From the NCBI RefSeq assembly GCF_004010195.1, contig NC_057728.1, positions 54,149,607 through 54,213,606 on the forward strand: DNA of 64,000 nt, in the 5' to 3' direction. Each line of letters starts with the position of its first letter. The first letter of the stretch is position 1. This document shows positions 53,135 through 64,000 of this stretch, piece by piece. Origin of the DNA: Chiloscyllium plagiosum (Eukaryota). Made by a program: the position numbers and the translations under genes. The notes beneath the pieces were generated by a model. That model was not told the origin of the DNA. It worked only from the letters and a program-made list of their open reading frames with translations, and made no database searches.

Positions 53135-53700
53135 TTAGCTCAAGATGTTCCAAAGCACTTGCAGCCAGTTGAGTACATAAGTAAATAACCTAGTGTATTG
53201 TATAAAAACAGCCAATTTGCACCCAGGAAGGTCCACAAGCAGTGTGATGTCATATGTATGTTGACGTTGACTGAGCTAGACCATCAGGGAAATATTTCCC
53301 TGAATAATGAATCAGATCTTTACATTTTGAGTAGATGAGTCAAGCGTGGCACTGGCAAAGCAGAGTGGGTCAGGCAGCATCTGCAGAGCAGATGTACAAA
53401 TATATACATGTTTCCAATAGACAAACACTTGAAAGGGCAAACATGAGAAAGGAAAGTGCATTCCTGTGAAGGGTATATGCCCAAAACATCAACATTCCTC
53501 CTCTGCTGCCTGACCTGTTGTGCTTTGCTTTGCCAGTGCCACACTACTTTTGACTTTTTGATCTCCAGTATCTGTAGTCCTCCCTTTTATTTTAAACATT
53601 CCCATCCAGAAATCATGAGCTGCAGCATTGCCTCAGTACTGTACAAGGGTACTGGTATGTGACTTGAACTCAACTGTCTGACTAAAGTTGCCAAATGAAT
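53135..53700 (-). mobile_element. Ancient Deu-type SINE split by the 53347-53582 palindromic repeat
   Basis: ccaaagcacttgcagcc..cagccaatttgcacccaggaaggtccacaagcag, resuming as gcagcattgcctcagtactgtac..gacttgaactc. Confidence 0.5.
53347..53582. mobile_element. Short palindromic Penelope-derived repeat
   Basis: tggcactggcaaagc ... gctttgccagtgcca inverted arms; decayed CTGTGAagggtatatgcccAAAAC core. Confidence 0.6.
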
Positions 53701-55214
53701 CCTGGCACATATCTCAAATGTGGTTTTTGGTACTCTGTCTTCTGTTACACCTGAAGCAATGAAAATAGATTCTCTGGACTGTTGCCCAGGATAAATCTGA
53801 AGTTAGAACCCTTTCCTCCAAATTGAAGTTAAGGAGTGAACTGATGAAACCTGCAGAGTAAGAACCATGATATCTTCCTGTAAAATTTGTAATTGAGATG
53901 CTGAACAAGCTAACTATTCTGGCACAGGTTTTGTTTCATCTGTGCTAACCATATTTCCACATCTACATTTTGAGTGAAGAGGCTTTGGAAGTGAGTTCCT
54001 TGCAGGATTTGCAGCCTATTTGACTGGGATGGTGAAAAGTATTGTTTTGCCTGCTTTCCAAGCACATACTATTGATAAATACATCAAGGTAGTAGAGAAT
54101 GCAAGTGCTACAGCTGCAGTACTGATGCAGAGAAAGATCAGCTTTAATGATGTCTGTTCAAAAGTCTGATAACAGATTCAAGAATAACTTTGTTATGTAA
54201 TTGCAAATTTTTGTATCTTCCATCTGGTGGAAGTGTGTATAACTGTAGCGAGAGAGGTATTTGATGTTGACTGCTTTGCTTTCCCAATCCATGAATGGAA
54301 AGCTGGTTTGTGTGAAGGACTAGGTTGCATTCACAAGTCTATAATTTCTTGTGGTCTTGGAGAGCAGTTGCCATACCAATCTGACCTGTTCTGGTAGGCA
54401 TAGCTGATAACTGGACCAGTGGTCATTAGTGACTTAAGAATATTGGTACTGGAGTGTGCATTTATAAGGCTGCCTAGTATTTGTAGATGTTTCCAATAGA
54501 CACACCCTTGAAGAGAGCAAACATGATACAGGGAAAGTGTTGGGCAAGTGGGGCTAACTGGCATTTGAAGAGACAGCTCAAACTTCCTTTTACATGCTGT
54601 ACCTAGTCTAAAATTCAATCTAAAATACTGATTTTTGTGGCATTCAAACTTGGACTTTAACCAAAGATTTTTAAATTACAATTTAATTGTGATCATCTGT
54701 GGGGTTAGTGATACAACGCCTATTTAACATATTTATAGGGTATATGAGGAAGAAGTTGGCTGAAATGTGGGATTTTCTCGCACCTTTGCTGAAGTAGTGT
54801 CCATAAATACTACTACCAGCTAATTTGCTATTTAAGTATTGAGCAGAGTGGGGAGTGAGCAAGGTGAGCATAGAACCTAGATGACTCCTGTTATTAAAGT
54901 AGACTGACTGTAGCAAGCAACACCGTGTAACACTAATGACCTTTTTACCCATGCATCTTCAAAGTGCAATTGAAATTTTGTCAGTAATTGCAAAGTTGTC
55001 TTTGTTCTGATGAAATATTTGCATTGAGGATGTCATATTAAATCTGGATATGGGGTGAAGAACTCTAGCATAATGCTATTGATCATAGCAAATGTCTTCA
55101 TGATCCAATGCTCTGTATTCCTATGATTGGTTTTTATCCTTGTGCTCTTAAGAGGATCAATGCTTACAGGAAGAAAGCAGGAGCTTTCATTTTGTCTCCA
55201 TTTTATTTGTATAG

Positions 55215-55396
55215 AGACAAAAAAACTGCAGATGCTGGAATCCAAAGTAGACCAGGAGGGTGCTGGAAGGACACCGGCAAGTTAGCCAACATCAGGTGGT
55301 AAAGTCAATGTTTCGAGACACAGGGTTATACATGAAATGTTGACTTCACCTGATGCTGCTTGGCTTGCTGTGTCCTTCCAGCCCCGACTTGTCTAT
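55215..55396. mobile_element. Short palindromic Penelope-derived repeat
   Basis: gctggaaggacac..catcaggtg..agtcaatgtttc is inverted to gaaatgttgact..cacctgatg..gtgtccttccagc. Confidence 0.6.
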
Positions 55397-55480
55397 TTTA
55401 TTTGTATCTTGGTGCAGATAAATGTTAATAGACTGGGAAGAGCTTGCATTATATTGTCTGATACTTTGTAGAGACATCAT

Positions 55481-55665
55481 CGGTTTCCTCCCACAGTCCA
55501 AAGATGTGCAGGTCAGGTGAATTGGCCATGCTAAATTGCCCGCAGTGTTAGGTAAGGGGTAAATGTAGGGGTATGGGTGGGTTGCGCTTCGGCGGGTCGG
55601 TGTGGACTTGTTGGGCCGAAGGGCCTGTTTCCACACTGTAAGTAATCTAATTCAATCTAATTCAA
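55481..55665 (+). mobile_element. 5'-truncated young HE1-type V-SINE
   Basis: Near-identical to the 3' half of 27610-27930 and 58062-58347. Confidence 0.9.
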
Positions 55666-55749
55666 TCATCAAATGCTGTGTAACCAGGTATTTTGATATG
55701 GACCCATAGTGTTGCCACAATGAGCTATTTTAAGTGTCATATTCCTTTA

Positions 55750-56095
55750 GATGTATGGTATGGAAACAGACCTTTCTTTGGTCCGACTCTTCGATGTTGA
55801 CCAGATATCCTATCCTATCCTAACCTAATCTAGTCCAGTTTGCCAACATTTAGCCCATATCCCTCCCAACCCTTCCTATTCCTATACCCATCCAGATGAC
55901 TTTTTAAATGTAATTGTACCAACCTCCACTTACTCTGGCAGCTTATTCTATATACATCACCCAGTGTGAAAATGTTGCCCCTCCAGTCCCTTTTTTAAAT
56001 CTTGCCCCTCTCTCCTTAAACATATGCCTGCTTCTAGACTCTCTCCCTGTTCCCAAAAGACTTTCTGTTTACACTATCAATGTCCCTCATGATTT
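55750..56095 (-). mobile_element. CR1/HER1 LINE 3' end
   Basis: tggaaacagacc..ccagatatcct..aatctagtcc tail. Confidence 0.8.
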
Positions 56096-56657
56096 TCATC
56101 TTGTTTCAATAGGGTTTTGCCACTAGATAGACAAAATATCCCATGGCATTCTTTTTAAGCAGATTCCCTGCATGTTGGTTTAAAATTCATTAAAATGAAC
56201 TTTAACAGCAGAAAAGGCCAAGTAATCTTATAAATGTTTAAATTGTGTGGTTGATTAACAAGCGAGCCAGAAGTCACATGAACTTTATTGGGCAAGATTT
56301 GGAATGTGATGCCTAATTTAATTTGTATCCATCACTCTCTGTAGTAACTATTAAAATGTCCTTGTTAGATAACTTAGTGGAAAGACTTCGAGCAGGGAAG
56401 TTGGATTACTATCTGACCCATCAGCATAGGCTTGATGGGCTGGTGACTTGTGCTGTTGCTGCTTTGTCAGATACCAGCATTAAAGTAATGGGTTGATTGT
56501 CACATCTCTGGAATGAAACTACCTCCAAGCTGAACTGATAATTGTTTGAATATAATCTTCCAGTTTGTTTCACTTGAGTGAAATGTGGACACTAATAATG
56601 AAGCTATTGTACGATGAAAATGTATAATCTAAAGTGCTGAAATGTTCCTTTCTGCAG

Positions 56658-56837
56658 GTTCCTGAGGCCATTAAGAAATGCCAGCGTGCTGGTATCACAG
56701 TCCGTATGGTCACTGGTGACAACATTAACACAGCCCGAGCAATCGCAACAAAGTGTGGTATTTTACAAGCTGGTGATGACTTTCTGTGTTTGGAGGGTAA
56801 ACAGTTCAACAAACGTATTCGCAATGCAAAAGGCGAG
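56658..56837 (+). CDS. ATP2B1: PMCA exon (180 nt): [30 protein letters not shown]...KGE
   Basis: tttctgcag acceptor, GAG|gtaagt donor. Confidence 0.97.
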
Positions 56838-56917
56838 GTAAGTTAACATTTTAATTGGCTGTATCAGTGTGGATTTTTCCCTTGAAATTGAATACTGTGA
56901 AATGGCAAAATATTTAA

Positions 56918-57061
<144 letters not shown>

Positions 57062-57561
57062 TAATTCCAATAGATGAGCATTCACTGGTTCTGATTCAGC
57101 AGGCACATTAAGCTTGGACTTCTAACTGGATTATCCTGGTGCCATTGGTAGAATTGTCAATGTGCTCTAAATTGTACCATACACATGAAATTTCTTGCCT
57201 TTATGTCGAAAGGCTATCTTGTCTGTGTATATCTGATTCTGACTTGAAAGTGTTTGGCAATACTTTGCTACAGCATAATTATACAAACATTGTCACCCGG
57301 GTGGTGTCCAGACGGCCAACCTAAAGCTTGATTTAAATGAAGTGCCTTTTAAGGAGCAGAGAGATGGAACGTTTTGGAACATAGAGTCCAATGAATGTAT
57401 AGCTGCCAAATGTACTGTTATGGGATGAAGCTGGCATGTAGACCAAATGGAGCTTTTGAGATGTGCCCCATTTTGGAGATTATCATGGACAGATGTATTG
57501 TTGGAGGATATTCCTGCAGCAGTGAAGATTCTGAGCATGATGGAAACCAGCAAGAACAAAT

Positions 57562-58548
57562 CAAGGCAGAACTTGTATACTTAATGACAGTTCCTGGGGA
57601 GTGTTGTCAAACAAGACCTTGGTGTGCAGATTTGTAGCTCCTTGAAAGTGGCGCTGCAAGTTGATAGGATTGTGAAGAATGCGTTTGGTACGTCTACCTT
57701 TATTGGCCCGCGCATTGATTATAGGTGTAGGGCAGTCGTGTTGCAGCTGTACAGGAAATTGGTTAGACCACTTTTGGAAGTGTTCAACTCTGGCCTTTCT
57801 GCTATAGGAAGGACGTTGTGAAACTTGAAAGGGATCAGAAAAGATTTAGAAAGTTGGCAGGGTTGGAAGGTTTGACCTATAGGGAGAGGCTGAAAAGGCT
57901 GAGGCTACTTTTTCCTAGAACATTAGAGGTTGAGAATAACCTTGAAGTTTCTTAATCTTGAGGGGCATTGATAGGGTGAATAGGCAGTCCCCTGGGATGG
58001 AGGGAGCCCAAAATGAGGGGGCATGAGTTTTTAAGGTGACGATTAAGATTTGAACAGGAACCCGGGTGGCACAGTGGTTAGCATTGCTGCCTCACAGCTC
58101 CAGAGACCTGGGTTCAATTCCCGCCTCAGGCGACTGACTGTGTGAAGTTTGCACATTCTCCCCATGTCTGCGTGGGTTTCCTCCCACAGTCCAAAGATGT
58201 GCAGGTCAGGTGAATTGGCCATGCTAAATTGCCTGTAGTGTTAGGTAAAGGGTAAATGTAGGGGGTATGGGTGGGTTGCGCTTCGGCGGGGCGGTGTGGA
58301 CTTGTTGGGCCGAAGGGCCTGTTTCCACACTGTAAGTAATCTAATCTAAAGGGCTACTTTCTCAGGGTGGTGAGTGTGGAATGAGCTGCCAGAGATGGAG
58401 GCTGGTACAATTGCAACATTTCAGTCATCTGGATATAAATAGGAAGAGTTTAGAGGGCCAAATGCTGGCAAATGGGACTAGATTTGTTTCGGACAGCTGG
58501 TCAGCATGGATGAGTTGGACTGAAGACTCAGTTTCTGTGCTGTGAGAC
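57562..58548 (+). mobile_element. CR1/HER1 LINE 3' part interrupted by an HE1 SINE
   Basis: SSLKVALQVDRIVKNAFG and LYRKLVRPLLE; resumes at 58348. Confidence 0.87.
58062..58347 (+). mobile_element. Young HE1-type V-SINE inserted into a CR1 LINE
   Basis: tRNA-like head through the taatctaatct tail; CR1 sequence continues on both sides. Confidence 0.92.
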
Positions 58549-59502
58549 ACTAAAGCATATCCAGGTAGTGAAAAATTTCTAACAGCTCTTACTATTAAGG
58601 CAGGATAGTATAGTTTTCTTGGCTTGTTTCTGCTACCTAGTTAATGGACACTATAATTGTTTTAAGTGAGAGCTTCTATACATGTAAACTACAGAGTTGG
58701 ATACAAAGCTGAAAGGCCATCTTTTTTGAAATGACAAATCTAGCTGTAAATGTATGGACAAGACTGCCACCTAGTGAAAATAGTGCAACATTAATAGAAA
58801 ATTTCAAAGTCAGCGATGCATGAAAATGTGAATGACTGATGCATAAGTAGAGGTAATACTGAAATATCAGATGTTGAATAGTGTTAATTTTAGCCTGGGG
58901 CTTCATGGCCAATTTTGTGCACTGAGTAAGAACAGAAAGGTACTTGTGTAGATATGCATGAAATGACCATATTTATTGACATTCTGTATTTCCTATGTTT
59001 TTGAGCACTAATTTTCCATTGCAATGCTCTTGTTGTTAATTCAAATTGTAAACTTTTCAGTGGTATGAGAAAAGAGCCAAGATCATAGCTCTTCAAAAAG
59101 CTGATGGGATGAGTCAAGGTTCACCACCTCTTAGTGTATCATTCTCGTTTTCTTTGCAATGTTTATAGTCTATAATTTGAGGACTCTTGCTAGTAAAACT
59201 CTACCCCCTTAATGATGATATCACTCTTAGTGGGTGAAAATAGGATGCAAGAAATTATCAGCATTCGGATTGCTAGATCTACTTCAAAAGATTGTAGAAA
59301 AGGACAGTTCAGGTTGTGGATGAACTAAAGTAGCCATTATTTACACTGACTCTGTTCTTTTCTATCCCAAATGTGTGTATTTCTGGAGCTGCATTGGGCT
59401 GTGCAACATAAAAATCATTTTTGAGACACAGGTCAGGGTGAAGTTGAAAGGAGATTAACAGACTGCCTTTTGTGGTGCTCAAAGCTGGGCATATCTCCCC
59501 AT

Positions 59503-60012
59503 GAACATAGAGTCACAGATGTACAGCACAGAAGCAGACCCTTCGGTCCAATTCGTCCACGCTGACCAGATATCCCAACCTGATCTAGTCCCACCGGCCA
59601 GCATCTGGCCCATATCCCTCCAAACCGTACCCAGCCAGATACCTTTTTTAAATGTTGCAATTGTGCTAGCTGCCTTCACTTCCTCTGGCGGCTCATTCCA
59701 TATACATACCACCCTCTGCTTGAAAATGTTGCCCCTTGGGTCTCTCTTTTCCTGCCCCCCCGCCACTCTATACCTATGCCCTCTAGTTCTGAACTCCCTG
59801 CAAACCAGGGAAGAGATTTTGTCTACTTATCCTATCCATGCCCCTCATGATTTTATAAACCTCTATAATGTCACTACTCAGTCTCCGACACTCCAAGGAA
59901 AACAGCCCCAGTCGGTTCAGCCTCTCCCTATGGCTCAAATCCCCCAACCCTGGCAACATCCTTGTAAATCCTTTCTGAACCCTTTCAAGTTTCACAACCT
60001 CTTTCCGAACAG
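59503..60012 (-). mobile_element. CR1/HER1 LINE 3' end
   Basis: KLERVQKGFTRMLPGL and EVYKIMRGMDRI. Confidence 0.9.
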
Positions 60013-60156
60013 TTCCATTTTCATCTAAATTGTGTAATTCGTGTAAGAATTTGTTGGTTGTCACTCCAAAATCTACGACCCTGTGCAGTGAGTTAAAAAC
60101 AAAATGGAGAAGCTCAATAGATCTTCAGGTTACATTTGTGGAGACAATCTGTTAGT

Positions 60157-60158
<2 letters not shown>

Positions 60159-60190
<32 letters not shown>
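60159..60190. repeat. (TG)16 microsatellite
   Basis: Direct count. Confidence 0.97.
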
Positions 60191-60195
<5 letters not shown>

Positions 60196-60423
60196 CTGGA
60201 GGACGGTTTCTGGACGCGATATTTCCTCTTTTGCACAGACATTGCCAGACCAGACAGACCAGGGTTTCTCCGACATCCACAGTATTTTGCTTTTAAGACT
60301 GCACTGTTGTATGGGGGGAAAAAAGATTATGAATGATATTCGTATTCCAAGTTTCACTGAAATGCTTGATCGTGCATGACAGCTGAATTTTATTTTAAAA
60401 CGCACCTATATTTTCATTTCAAG

Positions 60424-60530
60424 GCATTATTGACAGCACAGTGTTAGAACGCAAACAGGTTGTTGCAGTCACAGGAGATGGTACTAATGATGGCCCTGCA
60501 CTGAAGAAAGCTGATGTTGGATTTGCTATG
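60424..60530 (+). CDS. ATP2B1: PMCA exon (107 nt): [36 protein letters not shown]
   Basis: tttcaag acceptor, ATG|gtatgt donor; hinge motif GDGTND. Confidence 0.96.
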
Positions 60531-60550
60531 GTATGTACAAAAGTTAATTT

Positions 60551-60921
60551 CAAAGTTTGAGTGAAAATTTGTAGCTCGGGTGCTTGTTGTGGTTCTGTTT
60601 GCCGAGCTGGAAGTTTTTGTTGCAAACGTTTCGTCCCCTGTCTAGGTGACATCCTCAGTGCTTGGGAACCTCCTGTGAAGCGCTTCTGTGGTGTTTCCTC
60701 CGGTTGTCCGCTGTAGTGGCCGGTATATTGGGTCCAGGTCGATGTGTTTGTTGATGGAGTTTGTGGAGGAGTGCCAAGCTTCTAGGAATTCCTTGGCTGT
60801 TCTTTGTTTCGCTTGCCCTATAATGGTAGTGTTGTCCCAGTCAAATTCATGTTGCTTGTCGTTTGCGTGTGTGGCTACTAAGGATAGCTGGTCGTGGCGT
60901 TTCGTGGCTAGTTGTTCATGG
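60551..60921 (-). mobile_element. Young 5'-truncated Penelope-like element (GIY-YIG C-terminal half plus 3' end)
   Basis: Open frame HEQLATKRHDQLSLVATHANDKQHEFDWDNTTIIGQAKQRTAKEFLEAWHS...DLDPIYRPL; perfect 10-bp TSD AAGTTAATTT at 60541-60550 and 60922-60931. Confidence 0.9.
60622..60661 (-). ncRNA. Minimal type I hammerhead ribozyme (Penelope-associated, predicted dimer-cleaving)
   Basis: Minus strand reads gca-CTGAGGA-t-gtcacct-agac-aggggac-GAAAC-GTT-tgc. Confidence 0.72.
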
Positions 60922-61065
60922 AAGTTAATTTTGTGCATTGAATTGGTTTATGCATTTATGCTGACTTTGTTTGTTGGATCTAGGTGTTTTAATGTTCATT
61001 TTAACTGAGAAAGTAGAGAGCTCCATGGAAATTTTATTTGCAATTATTTATTTTGCTTTCCTTAG

Positions 61066-61275
<210 letters not shown>

Positions 61276-62796
61276 TAATTTGACAAGAGCTTTGTGTAAT
61301 AAACTGACTTTGTTTGTTTATTTAAAGAATGTCAATGGTTAGGCAAGCATTTAACAATCCACCTAATTACTGTGGTTCTGAAGTCACATGTAGGACTGAC
61401 CAGGGAAGGATGTCAGCTTTCTTTCCCTAAATGGCATTTAGAGTACCGGATGGGTTGAGGTCAGCTATTTATTGAATTCCATTGTTACCATCTGCCAGGA
61501 CACGAGCCTGATGACCAGTCACCTAATTGTTACTCCCCTTTAAATGAGCATAAATGGATATATCATTACACTGGTCTCTTTAATAACCTAAGTGGTGATC
61601 CATGAACAAAGGGGATATGTATTTTGAAACACTAGGTAGACTGTATATCTTCAGTATCCAAATTCCAAGTTGACTGAACTCCAATATCTGTCTTCTAGGA
61701 TTAGAACCCAGATTGCACAAGGTAATTATTGTACAGACTATTCTGAAATTGTTTCTGGAGCATGGAATCAGTTGTGCATATGTAGCTGTGTGGGGTACGG
61801 CCAATACACAACAATAACGCCAGGCATGAAAAAGGTTTGCTGTTTAAGCCCTCTACCCTTTTTTTGGAAAAGGCATCTGGGGTTACATTGCTGAAAATCT
61901 GTACTTGCCTGTATTTTTGTCTGTCTTCAGAAACAGTATTTTGCTTTCATTTTAATACACTTCTCAACAATGACCAAAAACTTTCCTTTCATAATCCTCA
62001 ATGTAGGTTGGGACTTCTATCTTATACTTTTGGGTGATAAGAGACAGATGAGTGAATTAAAGGAAAAAGGTATAATTCAATTTTCTGTCTAAACAGGTTG
62101 ATTTGATTTGCTCAAATCAAAACTTGTCTCACTGCACTCTTCTGTAGGTTTCTTTAAATCTAAATGTTTAGTGTCCCTTCAAAATACACACAGGGTGCCA
62201 CCACTAAAATGTTCTGAATAAAATTTTAAATGGCATCCATCTGTGCATGCAGGTATACCCACAGTGCTGTTGCAACTGCAAGGAACAGCAAGAGTTTAAG
62301 ATATTATATTTGAACTGCTTGTTTTTCAGTCAGCTTGCAAACTTGCAGCATAAGTTACATTACCAGTGCAAAAAACATTAATTACTAGTTGCAAATTCTT
62401 AATGTAGTAACTTGGGGAACCTGTCCATTTAACTAAATGTATTAGTAAAATTGCATGTTTTTGTAAAATGCAAAATGTGCAACTTTGTTAAAGGCAACAA
62501 ATTTAACAATTTGCATTAGTTTATTTTAATGATTTTGTTCATAATCATTAAATTTTTATTCTATATTTCAGAAGATGTCACCAAGAGGATTAATTCATTT
62601 GAATCGTCATTTAAAAAATGCATGGGCAGTTGCCAGGTTGATGATTAGTGATGGACAGGCACAAACCAATTTTGTACATGTTGCTCTACCTAGTGGTAGC
62701 ACTGGATGCAAATACTATAATAATCTCTCTAATTCGCTCACTCCAGCAAATGTCAGAATACATTTTCTCCTGACTTCTCCTCCCATTTTGGATACA

Positions 62797-62975
62797 TAGT
62801 CATAGATATTTCAGCATGAATAGAGACCCTTCAATCCAACTTGTCCATGCTGGCCAGATATTCCACATTAATCTAGTCCCATTTGCCAGCATTTGGCCAG
62901 TATCCCTCTCCATTCTTTCTATTCGTATACCCATCCAGCTATCTCTCTAAATGTTGCAATGGTACCAGCTGTCTC
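62797..62975 (-). mobile_element. CR1/HER1 LINE 3' end
   Basis: catagtcatagatatttcagcatg..cccttcaatccaac tail. Confidence 0.8.
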
Positions 62976-62979
62976 CAGC

Positions 62980-64000
62980 TATTGCTGGACCCTTTGCTGA
63001 GATTTGTATCGTAAATAGTTGCAGGTGAGGTGCTAGAGGCTGAAGATTTGGCTACTGTACCACTATTTTAAGAAAGATGGTAAAGATAAGCCAGGGGACT
63101 CTAGACCGGTGAGCCTGACTTTGGGCAAGTTGTTGGAGGGAATCCTCAGAGACAGGAATTACATTCCTTTTGAAAGGCAAAGACTAATTATGGATAGTCA
63201 GTATGGCTTTGTGTGTGGGAAATAATGTCTTGAATTTGAGCTTAATAATGAAGTAACTAAGGTTTTGAGGGCAGAGCAGTGGATGTGATCTATATGGACT
63301 TCAGTAAGGTGTTTGACAAGGTTATCCATGGAAGACTAGTTAGCAAGGTTAGATCTCATGGAATACAGAGAACTAGCCATTTGGATACAGTACTGGCTCA
63401 AAGGTAGAAGTTGGAGAGTTGTTTTTCAGCCCGTGTCCAGGAGTGCCACAAGGATCGGTGCTGGGTCCACTACGTTTCGTCACTTATATAAATGATTTGG
63501 ATGTGAGCATAAGAGATATAGTTAGTAAGTTTGCAGATGTTACCAAAATAGGAGGTGGTGTGGACAGCAAATAAGGTTACCTCAGATTACAACAGGATCT
63601 TGATCAGGTGGGCCAATGGGCTGAGGAATGGTAGATGAGATGTTGCATTTTGTGAAAGCAAATCTTAGCAGGACTTCAACACTCCCTAGTATCTTACCAA
63701 GGAGTGTTTATTAACAAAGACCTTGGAGTGCAAGTTCATAGCTCCTTAAGGTGGTATGCTTTCCTTTATTGGTCAGAGTATTGAGTATAGGAGTTAGGAG
63801 GTCATGTGGCTGTACAGGATGTTGGTTAGGCTACTTTTTAAAATATTGCATGCAAATCTGGTCTCCTTCATATCGGAAGGATGTTGTGAAACTTGAAAGG
63901 GTTCAGAAAAGATTTACAAGGATGTTGCCAGGGTTGGAGGATCTGAGCTGTCGGGAGAGGTTGAATAGGCTGGGGCTGTTTTTCCTGGAATGTCAGAGGT
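62980..64000 (+). mobile_element. CR1 LINE RT fragment running off the window end
   Basis: DVIYMDFSKVFDKV, VPQGSVLGP and SKFAD motifs. Confidence 0.88.

Noticed and set aside
62797..64000. Twin-priming inversion of a single CR1
   Set aside because: The - strand piece is a 3' tail and the + strand piece runs toward its own 3' end, which better fits two separate insertions.

Overview
Eukaryotic (vertebrate) genomic DNA, most likely a shark or other elasmobranch, inferred from HE1-type V-SINEs and their partner HER1/CR1 LINE tails. It carries 14 consecutive internal coding exons (14680-61257, + strand, 2393 nt, one open frame once spliced) of a plasma-membrane Ca2+-ATPase most like ATP2B1/PMCA1. 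The first coding exon and the 3' exons are not seen in the window. One donor is a non-canonical GC. The introns are dense with retroelements: CR1/HER1 LINEs, HE1 and Deu-type SINEs, a decayed Gmr1-like (integrase-before-RT) Gypsy LTR element, and many Penelope-like (GIY-YIG) elements. Several Penelope-like elements form fold-back palindromes and carry hammerhead-ribozyme motifs; two motifs have intact cores and both lie antisense to the host gene. There are two assembly gaps (4563-5206, 10958-11442). No prokaryotic systems, CRISPR arrays or bona fide RNA genes were found. Comparisons to other species are from memory and need checking by alignment.
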